Positions 11,591 to 25,300 of a stretch of 64,000 bases of DNA are shown one piece after another. A program made the position numbers and the translations under genes. Position 1 is the stretch's first letter; every line of letters starts with the position of its first letter. Source of the DNA: Cenococcum geophilum (taxonomy: Eukaryota); NCBI GenBank assembly GCA_050273025.1, contig CP158635.1, positions 28,396,001 to 28,460,000 on the forward strand. The letters run 5' to 3'. Under the pieces are notes generated by a model. The model ran no database searches and had not been told where the DNA came from. It worked only from the letters and a program-made list of their open reading frames with translations.

Positions 11591-13720
11591 GTTAATAATA
11601 TATACGCTATTATATCTTTATAAAAACATATTTAAAGTATAAAAAGAAAAGAAGACGCTATTTCTAGTATTATTTAATATTAAGGGTGCGTATAACAATA
11701 TAGCCATAGAGCTGGAAATTAGGAGATTATAGCAGCGATAGATACCTTAGACGATTATATAATAAGTATAGGATTTCTATATAAACCGTTAAGCCTATAT
11801 CCTAGTTAATAGATATATATTAGAGGTATAGGCGCTCCTATAGGCGGGTCTTTTATAGGGATTAGCACTAGCCCTAATACTCTTTTTATTTTTTAATACG
11901 GATCTTATATAAAGCGCACCTATAAATAGCAGCTCTATGACCTTTGTTAATAACTACTTGGTATAAGTTATAGGCCCTATAGCGGAGAAAAACACGCGGA
12001 TTATCTAGGGCGAGATTATACTAATGCTTAAAAGATAGGAAAGGACTAGTGGAGCTTAATTTAAAGTAAAGAAAACATTATTTATTTACCTTACTAGATA
12101 TAAAGAAGCGGGCAGAGATACTACTACGCTACTCCAATTTAAAGGAAAAGGAATCCCCCCAATACAGGATATTAAAATCCTTAGGGTAATTCATAATAAG
12201 GAGCTGCGGTTTAAGGTACACCTAGTAAATAAGGTAGGTAAAGCCACTAAGGTGGCGCTAGCATTGCGTAGATTAAAGGGACTATAGTTTAAAAGCGTTA
12301 AGTAGCTAGCTAAGAGCTCGGTTCTACTAGTAGTAGACTATACATCGCTAATATAGTACCCGCTTATAATATAAAAGTTAATATAGCTCCTCTAGTAGGC
12401 GTAAAGGATTACGGTATAGGCTATTATTAAGGGGTTCTGCACCGTCGCCCTGCTAATAGCGGAGGTAGAAGCCGGCTTGCTCCCTCTTAAGTAAAGGCTA
12501 TATAACTAGGCCATCGCGTTTTAGGTATTAATCTATAAACTAGGCAAATTATATTCTTATTAAATGATTTAAAGATAGAGGCTCTATAAACGGCACCAAT
12601 TGCCGCTTTAGAGGATAGTAGAGATATATAAGGATGTCTAAGTAAATAGGGTGCTAGAGGTTAAACCGTATATATACCCGCCGTGGGTGGCTAAGCCTAA
12701 TATAGTAATATATAAAAACAAAGAGCATGCTTAAGCTATTATTAAAGACTATAGGCTAGGGTAGGTTAATATATACGTTAATATATCGGTATGTAATAGT
12801 AGGGCAAGAGTTAGCGTACATGCTACGCTATCTAAAGTAATGCTTTTAAAAACAGTAGTAAGCTCTAATTAGGCTAACGCCCACCTTATAGAGCTTCTAG
12901 TAATTAGCAAGGCAGCCAACTAGCTATAGGACCCTATATGCACGGCTGTTAACTAAGTAGGTTTTTTAATATCTGCTTCTAGTATAAGAATATTCTCTAA
13001 CTTGTAATTAGCGTTGCTATTAATATAGAGCTAGAGGGCTAGAGTCTGCTAGAAAATAGTTATAGAGATCTTAAAGAAGCTTTAGCTAAACAATGTTACG
13101 CTATACTAGATTTTAGGCCACTTAGGATTTATAGAAAATAAAAAGGCTAATAAGCTTACTAAAGTAGTAACGAGACTAGAGAGCGAGGAGCTACTACAGA
13201 GAGATGGCCTCCTATAGTACCTTATAACGTAAGCCTTAAAAAGAGCTAAGATAATAATAGGACCGCTTTTAGCGGGAAGACCTAATACGGGCAAGTTTAT
13301 AAGGAAGATTAACGCAGCACTCTACCTTGGAAAGGCTGCAGGATTATACCAGTAGTTAATTAGCTTAGAAGCTACTATCCTTATATAGCTACGGACCGGC
13401 AAGTTATTTTTAAAAGAATATCTCCATAAAATTAATATATTAGAGACGGTGTTATATAACTATAGGCTTATAGAAATTAATATAACACTTCCTCTTCTTT
13501 TATAGGAGGTGGGTATAGTAAAGGACTAAGCTAAGAGAGTAGTATAAAGATCGATTTGGGGATCTATTATATATATTAGGAAGCTACTTACGCAGACAAA
13601 AAGGAGGCAGGAATATTAACGGTCTAATTAAGCGCTAGAAGTTAGACATTAGCGTAGTTAAAGCTATAATTAAATTTATAAAGGAGACTAGACGTTTATA
13701 CCTAAGCGTATAAGATATAA

Positions 13721-14051
13721 TAATAATAATAATTCATTGCTTAACGTCCGATTCGGATCCCTATTGGGCCCACGCGGACTACTCCTTATATACATATAGG
13801 GAGAAAACTCTATTTAAGAAAACCCCGTGATCCATCTCCCCGCCTTTTGGGACTCGCCTATAGGGCGCCTGCGAGGCGCCTACGAGTCACCTGTGGTGCT
13901 CCTACTACCTTACTTTTTGACCTCCTTAGGAACCACTGCTGCCGTAACAAGCCTACGGACGCGCTAGTATTGCAAACTTTACTCTACTGCTATAGAGTCA
14001 TTAGGGGGCACCCGTTACTCGCCCCCCTGCCTTTTATTACCATTTCCTTTG
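13721..14051 (-). mobile_element. 331-bp retroposed insert (SINE-like, or the 3' end of a 5'-truncated LINE)
   Basis: 15-bp TSD gcgtataagatataa at 13706-13720 and 14052-14066; (taa)n tail at the left end. Confidence 0.85.
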
Positions 14052-15678
14052 GCGTATAAGATATAAAGAGTATAAAAGCCAACGTTAATAAGCGAAAACT
14101 CTTAAGAATTCCTTCTCTAATTATCTAACCGAATATACCGCAAGCCCTCTCTATACGTACCTCTACTAGTATATCGCCGATTAAGAAGTATATAACGCTA
14201 GAATAGCCCTACAGATATAAGGCGTTAAAAACTACTTACTTAGGCTTGCATCTAAACTCTAACTTTCTTCTAATAGTAACGTATTACTTTCCTTTATTTC
14301 CTTAGTTAAGTATAGTATTAGGTAATAGATATATAGTTCTTATAATTGGCTTCTAAACTAGAGCAAGCATATTAATAGCAGGAAGTATTTAGTTAGCGCT
14401 CTGTAACGGCCTATACCCTAAATAGTATATAGCTATAATAGAATATATATATATATATACATACATACATTAAGATAGCAAAAAGGGTCTAAACTAAGGG
14501 TCTACGAAAACTTTTAAAAGAGGAGGATATTTATCTCGGACATTCTTTTAATTAAATCCTAGTCTTTTATTTAGCTAGTTCCCGCTATAAGGCGGCCCCT
14601 ACGGCCCACTAAATAAAGCCCCGGAGCCCTAATAGCTACTTTAACTAGTGCTTTTATCCATATTTAGTATTAATTAATAATTATTAAATATTGAATATTG
14701 ACGGTCAATATGCAATATTAATACGATATATTTAATACTAAAAGTTATTAAATATTGACAATTTTTAGGGTTGAGGTAGTAAAAAATTATATAGATGCCT
14801 TAGTAGATAACTCTAGCTCCTAAGCGATACGTACGTATTTCAAATTTATTAGGTAAACCTATATAAAATTAAAATGCATAAATATCGAACGTTAGTTTAT
14901 AGAATATTGTATACTATATTATTAGTTTTTATGCGCCCTATATACACCTAATCTTTAACTACCTTATCTTTAATTAACGCTATGCCTTCCTTATCTACTA
15001 ATATAACAGACGACGATAATATATCTACCTCTGCTATTTTAGAGCTTAATTTAGATCAGTTTACCTACTCTAGCAATGGCGGCGCGTCGAGTAACTCTGC
15101 ACTAAGTACACTAGGTATAACTTCCTTTTAATTGCCTTATAAAAGACAAAGACTTACTACTACTTCTATTTAGCAATTTGCCCGCGATTCTCTTCCTTAT
15201 AAAGCTACCCGCGATAGTAGGAATTAAAGCTTGTACTGCTTAATATATAAATAAGACTCTGCCTTTTTAACATCTATTTACGCCCACCTTAATAAAAAGC
15301 ATAGTATAGAGATTTAAGCTAGAGAGGTTAAAGTAAAGCGACTACGGCAGGAACGCCTTACGAATATACTAAGTAAATTAGAAGGCTCTAAACAGCTTAA
15401 ACGCAAAGCTTAAAAAGAGCAGATCCTTTAAGGCGCTATTAATCGCGAAGCCTTTAACGAAGCTCTTGTATAACTAATTGCTGTACGTAATCTACCGTAC
15501 AATACGGCTACCTAGCCAAAGCTATACGCGTTACTTATGACGGTCAATTATACTACTAAGAAAGTTATAATTAATGCGGTAGGAACTATACCAAAGCTAA
15601 TTAAGTAATCGTACTTAGTACATCATAAGATCCTAAAAGAAAAGCTTTAAAGCTCTTTTTTAAAATCCACTTCTTAAT

Positions 15679-18600
15679 TATAAGGTAAGGATATAGATAG
15701 GGAGTCCAATAATAGAACAATAGGTATATTGTATAGACAGAGACGAATCCTTAAGGGAAAAGGAGGAGTCTATATACGAGGTAGGAAGGGTTTTCCCTAG
15801 GTATATATAGAGTACGTACCTTATAGGCAAGTCACCCCTAGGTTGCCCTAGGGTCGCCCATACCTTACGGCTATATAACTATCTACTTAGGTTTTACCTA
15901 ATAATGCCCCCCCCCTTTAAAAAGGGTCGTCCCTAATCCTTTATATACTTAAGCCTCAATAAAACCCCATAAAAAACCTTAGTAAGGAAAAAATTTAAAG
16001 GGAAAAGAGCGTTTTAATTTTGCGTATAAAGAGATAGGTAGTATATATACGCGGCGTAAAGATATTAAGGAACTTTAACTAGCGGTTAAAGTTATTTAAT
16101 TAGTTAGATTTGCCTTACTAAGACTCCCCCGTATTTAACTAAGCTAGTAGCAATTTTATATACCTAGTATAGAAAATCCTAATTAGTCTATTTAATAGGT
16201 AGAGCTAGTAGAGCTTAATACTATTACCTAAATTTAGTAGACCAGAAATATTCTAAAGCTTACTTATATAGGTAGGTCGCTAATACCTTACGGGTAGGTT
16301 ATAGGTTATTTATATACAGCTAGATTCGTAAACGGTAAGGCTATATACCTATTAAATCCGCCACTAACCCTACTTTAGCCTTACGCTATACTAGTATAGC
16401 GCTATATATACTTTGCGGGTAGGTTATAGGTTATTTATATGCAGCTAAATTAGGACGGTAAGGCTATATACTTATTAAACCCGCCATTAACCTATGTTTT
16501 AGCCTTATATGTTATCTGTGTAGTATATACGTGGAATAGTATAAATTATTAGTATAGGTTACCACTAGTGAGTTACTAGTAGGTTATAGACCCTAGTTAA
16601 ATAGACCCTAGTTATAAATAGGCCTGTTTTCTAATATATAAACAATCTGCTTAGCTAGTATAGAGTAACGGACTAGGTTTAGGAAGGGTGCTTTTTAAAT
16701 TAAGCTTCGTTGCTGGTATACGCCGTAGCCTCACCTATAAGTTATAGCAATTATTACTTATTCTTTAATCCCTTTGGACGTTCTCTATTCCGCTTTAATA
16801 TAGGTTATATTTTAATAGCGGCGCTTACTTTTCGCCTACGCTTTAGCTATAAGGCTAGGGTGTCCCGCTTACAGTACTTATCTAATAGTTATTAATAATT
16901 CTTAAGTTCTGTCTTATATTTCTATTTATTATACTTATTTAGCCATCCTAGCTATTTAACAAGGTACTACGGTTATTTAGCATAATCTTAATAGGTAACA
17001 ATTGCTTCTACTTCCTAGCTACCTTCCTTAAGCTCTTTTACTGCTAGGGGTTAAAACCTAGGGCGTGACCTATAAGGCTCTAGTAGGGAGATATAGAAGA
17101 CTAGGTAGAGCCATACTATAGTAAATAGAAGCTCTAGCTTATATACTTACTGCCCTACGCGCTCTAGGATCTAAAATGGTGGTATAAACTTATAGTTAAG
17201 CTTTTTATAGGGACATTTTGTGCGGATATTCTTAGAGGAGAGCAGGACTTGTTTACTAATAGCGAAGTGCTTAGCCAGGTAGTAACAATTATAGTATTTT
17301 ACCTAAAGCTTTTAGGCATGTATTATTGACGCCGCCGCTACCTTATATATAAGGCGTAAGCGTTATAAATGCGTCTTTACAAGTTAGACATTTGTTGACT
17401 TAGACCCTTCCCTACCTTATTAGGCATCTTAGACGCTATCTAGGACTCTATTTAGGACGTTTAGTAGCTAGCTATAAGTGAGCTTAATAGGGGAACGCTT
17501 TGTTATAGTATAGACCTTAGAGTTATAGGCAAAGGCTGCTTCTTTAAGTAGGGAGGCCTAATTAGACTGTTCCTCGTTCGTAAATATATATAGGTATATC
17601 TTAAGCTCTTAGTTCTAACGCTTCGTCTAACCATCTATCTATAGGTAAAATGTAGTGCTAAGTTTACGTTAAACGCGGAGATAGTAGTATATGGTGCTTT
17701 AGTACTCGCTTATAAATACACTACCCCTATTAGAGACAATATTATTTAAAGGCCTTATTTATATAAAGACTCTAAATAAGAGTTCTGTAAGTTGCGTAGC
17801 ATTAATTATCTTATATACTAGATAGTAGCGTACTAGCTTTATAAAACGGTTTATAAGGATAAGGACGGAGTTATACTCTACACTATTAGGAGTCTTAGAC
17901 TCTAGAAAATCCGTAATAAAGTTAAGTAAATAATGCCGCTAGGCTCGGGTGGGGGCCTAAAGAGGCTATAGCTCACTATAGGGTTTATAGCAGCGCGATT
18001 TAGAGCGTTAGTAGGTATTATAATTATCTAGGTATTTATAAAGGTCCTAGGTAAGGCCGTTCTAAGCATACTTTCGCGCGATTACCTTAAAAGTACGGTT
18101 AAAACTATAGTGGCCGCCTATAGGATCGTTATAATTCCGCTTAAGGATCTCCTATTATAGTAGTATACAATTTAGCACCTAGACTTTATTATTTTACCTT
18201 AGGAGTCCTTAATTATTAAGGGTATAGTCCTTATTACTAGTAGGAACTTATTTCTAGGTTAACTAATTATATATAAAGCGTGTAAAGGCGTCCCTTTTTT
18301 ATACTCTATAAATAAAATTAATTAGTAACTTAGGGGGTTGTTCTATAAACGCCGTTTTAGCTAAAGCAGCTATTACTACTTCTTACTATAGCATAAAACT
18401 CTGCGTAAAGTTAGTGCTAGCGAAGTAATATATAATACGTAGGTAACTCGCTAGGTTATTATAGGGGACTATAACCTAGGCCAAGGGGTCTTCCCTAGAT
18501 TAGGTTAGTTGGAGTAGTCTTAAAAAGAATAATAGGACACTCTAATCCGCTGGCGCTAAGTTTATAAGGGTCGCTTATATACTACACGCATACTACTTAC

Positions 18601-21600
18601 TAGTTTAGTGTAGTAGCACTAGGGCCGCCTATAAGGCCTATAACCCGCAACTTTTACTATAATATAGGCAGTATAGTATTAAGGATTGTCCTCTTACTAC
18701 TATCTTTAAAGCCTTTAGTATAATCCGGGCGCCGGGATAGTATATTAGCGGGATTTGCTTTACCTAGCTTATATTTAATCTTAAAATTAAACTTAACTAG
18801 TTCCTTAGCGTACTAGGCCTAGTAAGTAGATAAGCTCTTAGTAGTTATAAAGTACCTAAAATTATTATAATTGTAGAGTATACGCGTTACATGCGCGGCG
18901 TATTTAAGGTAATGGCGCTACGTTTTAAAGCATTATACTATAGCGAGTAGTTCTTTATTATGCGTATTATACTATACTTTTAGGCTAGTAAGCTTCTAAC
19001 TATAATAAGCAATTAGGTGCTAGTAGAGTTAATCTTCCTACCCTAAAGGCTATAGAAGTATACCGCTATAGACATAATTAGAAGCGTTAGTAATTACCAT
19101 TAGGGGTAAATTAGGGTTAAAGTAGCGAAGTAGAGGAGCCTATATAAACGTAGCGCGTAGCTTACGAAACGCCTACTATATATTATTACGCCAGGACTAG
19201 GGTTAATACTATTTAATAGGCCCTTTTAATTTACGTTTCTTCTTCTTCTCCCTATCTAACGTTAGGTTATAATATACCTATACAAAATATGCGTGTAGGG
19301 GGTATGCGGTATCCGAGTAGTTCTAAATAAATTACCTATAGAAGTTAGCAAAGCTAAGGAAGACATAGATATCTATATAGAACTTAGGCTTAGGCTATTC
19401 CTTAATAGCTTTTATATAGTTAGGGTCCATTATAATACCCCTAAGGGTAATAATAAAGCCTAGGAACTCAACGTTCTTAGTATAAAAGATATATTTTAAT
19501 AGTTTGGCGTATAGGCCCCAAGCGCGGAGCTGTCGCAGTACCTACTTAACATGCTCAACGTGCTTATCCTCATTATTTAAGTAAATAAGAATATTATCTA
19601 GGTAAACCATATAGATAGTATCCACTAGGGTTCCTAGAGCTTTATAAATATAGCTCTAAAAAGTTATAGGGGCGTTAATAAGACTAAAGGGTATTACTAG
19701 GTACTTAAAGTAACCGTAGCGTGTCTTAAATGCGGTCTTCTATTTATCTCCCTTTTTAATACAAATCCTATAGTACGTATTATAAAGATCTAACTTTATA
19801 AATATCTTCGCATAGCTAAGCCTATTAAAGAGCTCGCCAACCAGCAATAGGGGGTACCGATTTTTAATCGTAATTTTATTTAGGCGTCTATAGTTAACGC
19901 ATAGCTATATTATACGGTCTACTTTTAGTATAAAGAGGATGGGCGCTTTAGGAGGCGACTTACTAGGCCTAATCTAGCCCTTTTTAAGAGTACTGTCTAG
20001 GTACTTTTATAAGATCTATAACTCTTTTTATAAGAGGTTATAGAGGGGCATTTATGGTAGCGTCTTGCCTTCTTCTAAGTTGATTACATAGTCGTACTTA
20101 GAGTTCTGCGGTAGCATACTTACTAGCTTATTAGAAAAAATATTAATTTCCTCCTTATATACCTCTAGTATGCCGGGGGCTATAGAGGTTGAAGTGACTA
20201 TTATATAGTAGTATGCTTCTAGGAGCTAGTAGAGAAAAAGGTATAGCCAATATACGTTTCGTAGGTATACTTGCATAAAGAGTATATATAGCTCTACTGT
20301 AGTATACTTAATAGTTTTAGGGTTTTAATTACCTCCCCCTTACGTATAGGTGATCTACGCCGGCACTAGAGGGTCTCTATAGGTACTCGCTGCCAGTAAT
20401 AGTAGGTCCTCTACTATGTTTATAACTGGTATCTCTATATCCGAAGGGTCTATATAGGTACTTACTGCCAGTAATAACAGGTCCTAGATAAACTATCTAG
20501 AACGGAAGCTAATTAATAAATCTGCTTCCGCGAGCTAATCCTATTTAAAAACTATATTATAACTATTAAATAAGCCGCCCTAAAAGGTCTGCGGGCTAAT
20601 AGTACAAGAGGTACCCTAGGAGTCGCTAGTAGTAACTATTAAATTATAAGTATCCTAGATTGTTATCTAGTTACTATTAAGGAAACGTATAATAGGTTTA
20701 TATAAACGTAGCGTGTAGTATATAGGTAGGTTAAACCTATAGATAACATCTTAATTAATAAGGTTAATTTGGCACCTATTATTATATAAAGTATATAGGC
20801 GGACTTCGCCCTAGGGCGTATCTATTATAACGTATACTACAATATATTTCTTCTCTCCCTCTATATTAGGCCCTAGTTACAGTTAAAAAAGATACGCTAC
20901 TAGGGCTTTAGGTTTTCCGAAGCCTAAGCTAACTTCTCTTTATTAGCCTACTTTTAGTGTTCCTTATAGTGGCCGCCTGCGGTCCTTTAACTTACCTACG
21001 TGGCACCGGCGTCTAGGGGGTCCTCTAAGCTATCCGGCTTTTAGGTGGTCTCCCTAGGAGTTTACTTAAAAAAGCGTCACCCTTTTTAGGTTTTGTTCCC
21101 TAAGCCTAACTCTATAAAGCCTATACTGCAACCACGCTTTATACGCGATAATTTACTACTACTACTTACGCGATCTTCGGCGAGCTTTATAGTATTAAGT
21201 AATTGCTTTATACGGCGGATTTTATTAAAGAGGTCTTTAGCGGTTCTTACCCATTAGGTAAAGTTCTGGCGAAAGAGCTTTGCTTATAGGTAGGCTAGGA
21301 GATATAAGAACTAAAAGTCTACCTATTATTTAGGATTGATAAAAGGGGTATATAAGAAGAGGTCCTTTAAGCTATATATATGGGCTAGGAAGACGTTAAA
21401 CCTCTAGTTCTCCTTTATAACAGCCGTATAATATATTATAGCGTTATTAAAGCATTTTACTATACGGTTCCTAATCTAGTCTTAGACTATAGTCTTAAAT
21501 TTATCCTATAGTAAAGGATCCTTATCCTTAGTGCCTAACCGGTAATAAACTAGTTAGGTAATTGTCTTCTTTTTTATAAAACCTTTAATAGCCTAGCGTA

Positions 21601-22376
21601 TGCGTTACTTATAGTCGTAGTTAGCGTTATTGACCTTAAATTGGTTCTTAACTGCGGCGATCCACCGGTTAAAATACTGTTAAGTAGTACCGCTAATATT
21701 AGGTAGTAACTTCTTAACTAGGGCGCTAAGATTTGTTCGGCGTATGCGTTTACTATATAACTTATACTCTTTACTAAAAAGGCAATAGGAGGGCTTTATT
21801 AAATCAATAATACTCTATAAGTTAGCTATTTTCTTAGCCAGCTTATCTAGCTCCTTTATATTAGCGGTATTGGGTAAGATGCTAGTAACCTTACTAAGCT
21901 CCTATTAAGCCTAAGTATATAAGTTAAACTAGTTTTTAGCATTTGTAGATATCTAATCGTTTTAAGATTTAGAAAATGGCTTAAATGCTACTAATATACT
22001 TCTAGTGGTTTCGTCTACACTAGATCCTAAAGCGTTCTATAGTTATATCGCTAGCGTATTACCGTTAGGTATAGGCGTCGGTTTTCTTTTCGGAGGCATT
22101 ATAGAAAAATTAAACCAGCTATCCTCCTAAGGGGATTAGTAAGGATTTAAATATAAGGTAAAAATGTAGATAGGGAGTCCAATAATAGAACAATAGGTAT
22201 ATTGTATAGACAGAGACGAATCCTTAAGGGAAAAGGAGAAGTCTGTATGCGAGGTAGGAAGGGTTTTCCCTAGGTATATGTAGAGCACGTACCTTACGGG
22301 CGAGTCACCCCTGGGTTGCCCTAGGGTCGCCTATACCTTGCGACTATATAACTATCTACTTAGGTTTTACCTAACA
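15679..22376 (-). mobile_element. Ty3/Gypsy chromovirus A, full length
   Basis: 225-bp LTRs at 15679-15903 and 22152-22376; TSD ttaat on both sides; PPT complement at 15907-15915. gag ATG at 22099 (MPPKRKP); RT YLD(D)ILIY at about 19580-19606; integrase at about 17450-18150; chromodomain at about 16890-17030. Confidence 0.95.
16287..16520. repeat. Imperfect tandem duplication (about 124-bp unit) in the Gypsy A 3' region
   Basis: cgggtaggttataggttatttatat...acggtaaggctatatac...tattaaa.ccgcca.taacc occurs twice. Confidence 0.8.
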
Positions 22377-25300
22377 TTAATTAATATGTGGACGTTACTA
22401 AATTACCACTCCCTCTAAGCAATCGTTACCTATTTTATTAATGTGGAAATAAGGCAGTTATAAAAGGCTCTACTTACTCTACTAGAGCTCCCCTTATATG
22501 GTAGTAAAGACCAAGCTAACGCCTTTCTTTAAGTTACTAAGAGCTATAGAATTCTAGGTAGAATTGGCTATATTTGCGGCGATAATTACAGCGCGAATAA
22601 TAAGATGTGTCGCTATATATCTGTGGGCCTTAAAGTAAAAGGACTCCCTTACTGGGATCTAGTTCACTACTAAATTCGATATAGTAGCTATATTATTAAT
22701 CTTGCCCTTTAAGCCTTCCTCTATCTTAAAGATAAAGACGTAATTAACGAAGCCGTTTAATAAGTTTTACTTAATAATAATTTAACAATTAATAAGAAGC
22801 TTATATAAAAGATAAAGAAAGCAAAGGCTGTAGGCTAAAGGGAGATTAGTACGCTTAGTAAAGTTTATAACCTTATTATATATATTCGGGCGTCGGAAGC
22901 TCGCTATAATAAGTTTAAAGCCTTAGCCAGGCGATTAGTTCCTTTGGATAATAATACTTAGTAGAACTTGTGGTTTACCGTACTTAAGGTTATTAAGGAT
23001 AAGAAAGTTTAAATAGTAATTAATTTATACTCTCGGAACTGGTATAGGGAAGTAAAAGATAACTACCTCTTACCTAAAGATTAGCAGATTATTAACGACA
23101 CGCACGCCTTCTTAAAGCCGTTCTATGAGGTTATAATAATAAACTAAAGTGACTTCTTATTAATTAATTAAACGCTATATACTATGGATATTCTTATTAA
23201 ACACTTTAAGCGTTTAAAGGTAAGCTTTTTGGAGGCTATTAAGGCTCTACTAATTAGCAGTATTTATAATTAATATCACCCAAATTAACGCCTTCTCTCT
23301 GCCATTATCACTAGCTAGTATATCTTTGACAAATACTACAAGCTTACTAACAACACCTCTGCGTACGCAGCCTTAATCCTACTTCACCCCTTACATTAGA
23401 AGACTTATATTAAGAGGCACTGAAATAAAAAGTGGCATAAGTAATTATTTACTGCAGTAAGGAAGCTTTGGGAGGACCACTATATAAAACGCTTAACTAG
23501 CTCTACGGCTTCCAAATCTACTAAATCTACTAAGCCTTCCGAAACTAAACTCTATATACAAATGCTTGACGTTACTAGTAGCGTTAAGGAAGAGTATAAG
23601 GAATTTATTAAAGGAAAGCCTACCTTAATACAAGGCACGGCTCTTAACTAGTAGCTTAATCCAATTTACTAAGCTAACTACCCACGACTCTCTCAGATGG
23701 CTATTAATATATTATCTATTCCATCTATATTAGCAGAGGCCGAGTAAGTATTTTTAGGGGCACGGCGAATGGTCTTATGGGACTGTATATTACTTAAAAG
23801 TACGAATATTAAGCGTACGGAGTACTTAAAGAGTTGCTGCTTAGTAATATTACGGCTGGGGGAGGGCTTATAGCAATAAGCGTAATAGAAGAAGCTTTTA
23901 ACGTCTTGGTAAATTAAGAAGGAGAGCCTAAGAAGCTACTGCCAACTACATCAAGCTAAGGATTGTAAAGTTGACGATAGTAGTAAGAGTAGGGGTAAGA
24001 GGGCAGCTGTATTTTAGAGCTCTACTAAGGCCTAGAGCAGTACGGAGCTTGACTACAACTATATTACTATACTAAGACTTTATATAAGTAATTTAGATTT
24101 AATATTTAGTAAAAATATCAATATAAAATTTGGGTTTAATATTAATTTCAATACGGTCTTATATTGACATTAAATATTAATAAAAGGCCTGGCTTTGACC
24201 CCTAAACGTATATTAGTAACAATACCTTTAGACCCGCCCAGTAATAGAACTAGATTGGCGTGGATTGGCGGCAGCCTTTAAATCTACGCTAGCTAATATA
24301 ATCCTTGGCGGCGCTCTAGGAGCGCTACTAAATATTTAGCTGTTAGTATAGAGGTCTTAGCACGATTTTAGTGTTATTTAAGGAAGGTAGTAGGTGGTAA
24401 ATATTATAAGATTAACTATATTACTCCTCTAGCTCATCCTCCTTATCCTCCTCTTTAGGATTATCGCTAGCCTTAAGCAGTATTACCTCGCTTAACGCGT
24501 TATCGTTAACCTTAATAGCAGCGAGAGTCTCTTTTAGCAGCTTTTTACCTATAGTAATAGCTGCTTGCTCCGCGTTATCTTCTACTCTAATAGCCTCTTA
24601 CTCCGCGGCGGCTAAAGATAATAATATTACTTTCTGCGCAAGCTTATATTCATCTAATAGAACTATTTTATTACGCTCCTCTACACCTTTCACCACTTTT
24701 ACGTTATTGTTGTTAAAGGCGCCCTATAGTAGAGGCCTGTGTAAGTGCCGTAAAAGCTTATTTACTTTAACTATGTCCATCTTAAGCCGTAAGTATCGGT
24801 CCTCTAGCGGTATCTTAGCGCTGCTAAACAGCCGCTTATATTTATCTAATATTAGCGGTATAGTAAGGATATTAAGGGCGAACCGGACAAGTTCTGGTTA
24901 ACTTATATACTAATTATTCCAGTATTTAACTAGGTTAAATTTATTTAGCTTACTATTAGTAAGGTAGAGGACGTTAGTTTTAAGGTATTTAATAAGGTAA
25001 TTAAGAAAGAACGGTTTAGCTATAGCGGTAGGTTTATAAGCAACCTTAAGGCGCTTATAAGCTTAGGCGGCGGTAAATAACTTTAAGTTTTTTAGCTTTA
25101 TGGGTAACTAGCCTCTTATAAGTAAGAAAGACGCTAGCTATAAGGGACGCTTATTAGCTTAATATATTAAATAAAGCTCCTTAACTAAGGATTTAACTCT
25201 ATTAATTTAATTATCCTTTACCGGGTAGCCGCGCCACTATTACTTAAACTAGCTTATCTTAAGTGTTAGATTTAAAACAATTGCGGCGTAGTACGCTACC

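Larger units (their letters stand above)
9599..14130 (+). pseudogene. LINE ORF2 (APE endonuclease, reverse transcriptase, RNase H), interrupted by two insertions
   Basis: IGDFNWHNPL (about 10060-10090), NYRPISLLLTLGKAL (about 11180-11228), FNIKGAYNN (about 11673-11700), FV(DD)Y (about 11943-11957) and RNase H FS(D)...(W)I.GH (about 12990-13125). End position approximate. Confidence 0.9.
8538..14470 (+). mobile_element. Tad1-like LINE, copy 1 (ORF1 5'-truncated), RIP-degraded
   Basis: ORF1 with CCHC knuckles, then ORF2 with APE, RT, RNase H and a C-terminal Cys/His motif. The 3' tail is aatagaat(at)n(acat)n at about 14437-14470. Confidence 0.92.
14982..23960 (+). pseudogene. hAT transposase, split into 14982-15678 and 22382 to about 23960
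   Basis: BED-finger-like region at about 15165-15310; KIHF(S)I|(D)MWT(S)PN across the Gypsy insertion; RCSGHIINLALQAFL at about 22675-22720; dimerization domain YPRLSQMAIDILSIP.MSAEAERVFSG at about 23680-23762. Possible short intron gtaagc...ctaattagcag at about 23220-23260. Confidence 0.88.
14646..24191 (+). mobile_element. hAT DNA transposon 1, complete, interrupted by Gypsy A
   Basis: Imperfect TIRs: tagtgcttttatccata and the reverse complement caggccttttattaata. 8-bp TSD actttaac (14638-14645) / gctttgac (24192-24199), differing only by G>A. Subterminal aatatt repeats. Confidence 0.88.

Noticed and set aside
13847..14059. 70-aa ORF in the retroposed insert
   Set aside because: Non-ATG start, antisense to the insert's tail orientation, and no recognisable motif.
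14471..14637. Unassigned spacer, continuing at 24200-24238, as a possible host sequence
   Set aside because: Too short and RIP-like, with no recognisable coding or structural signal.
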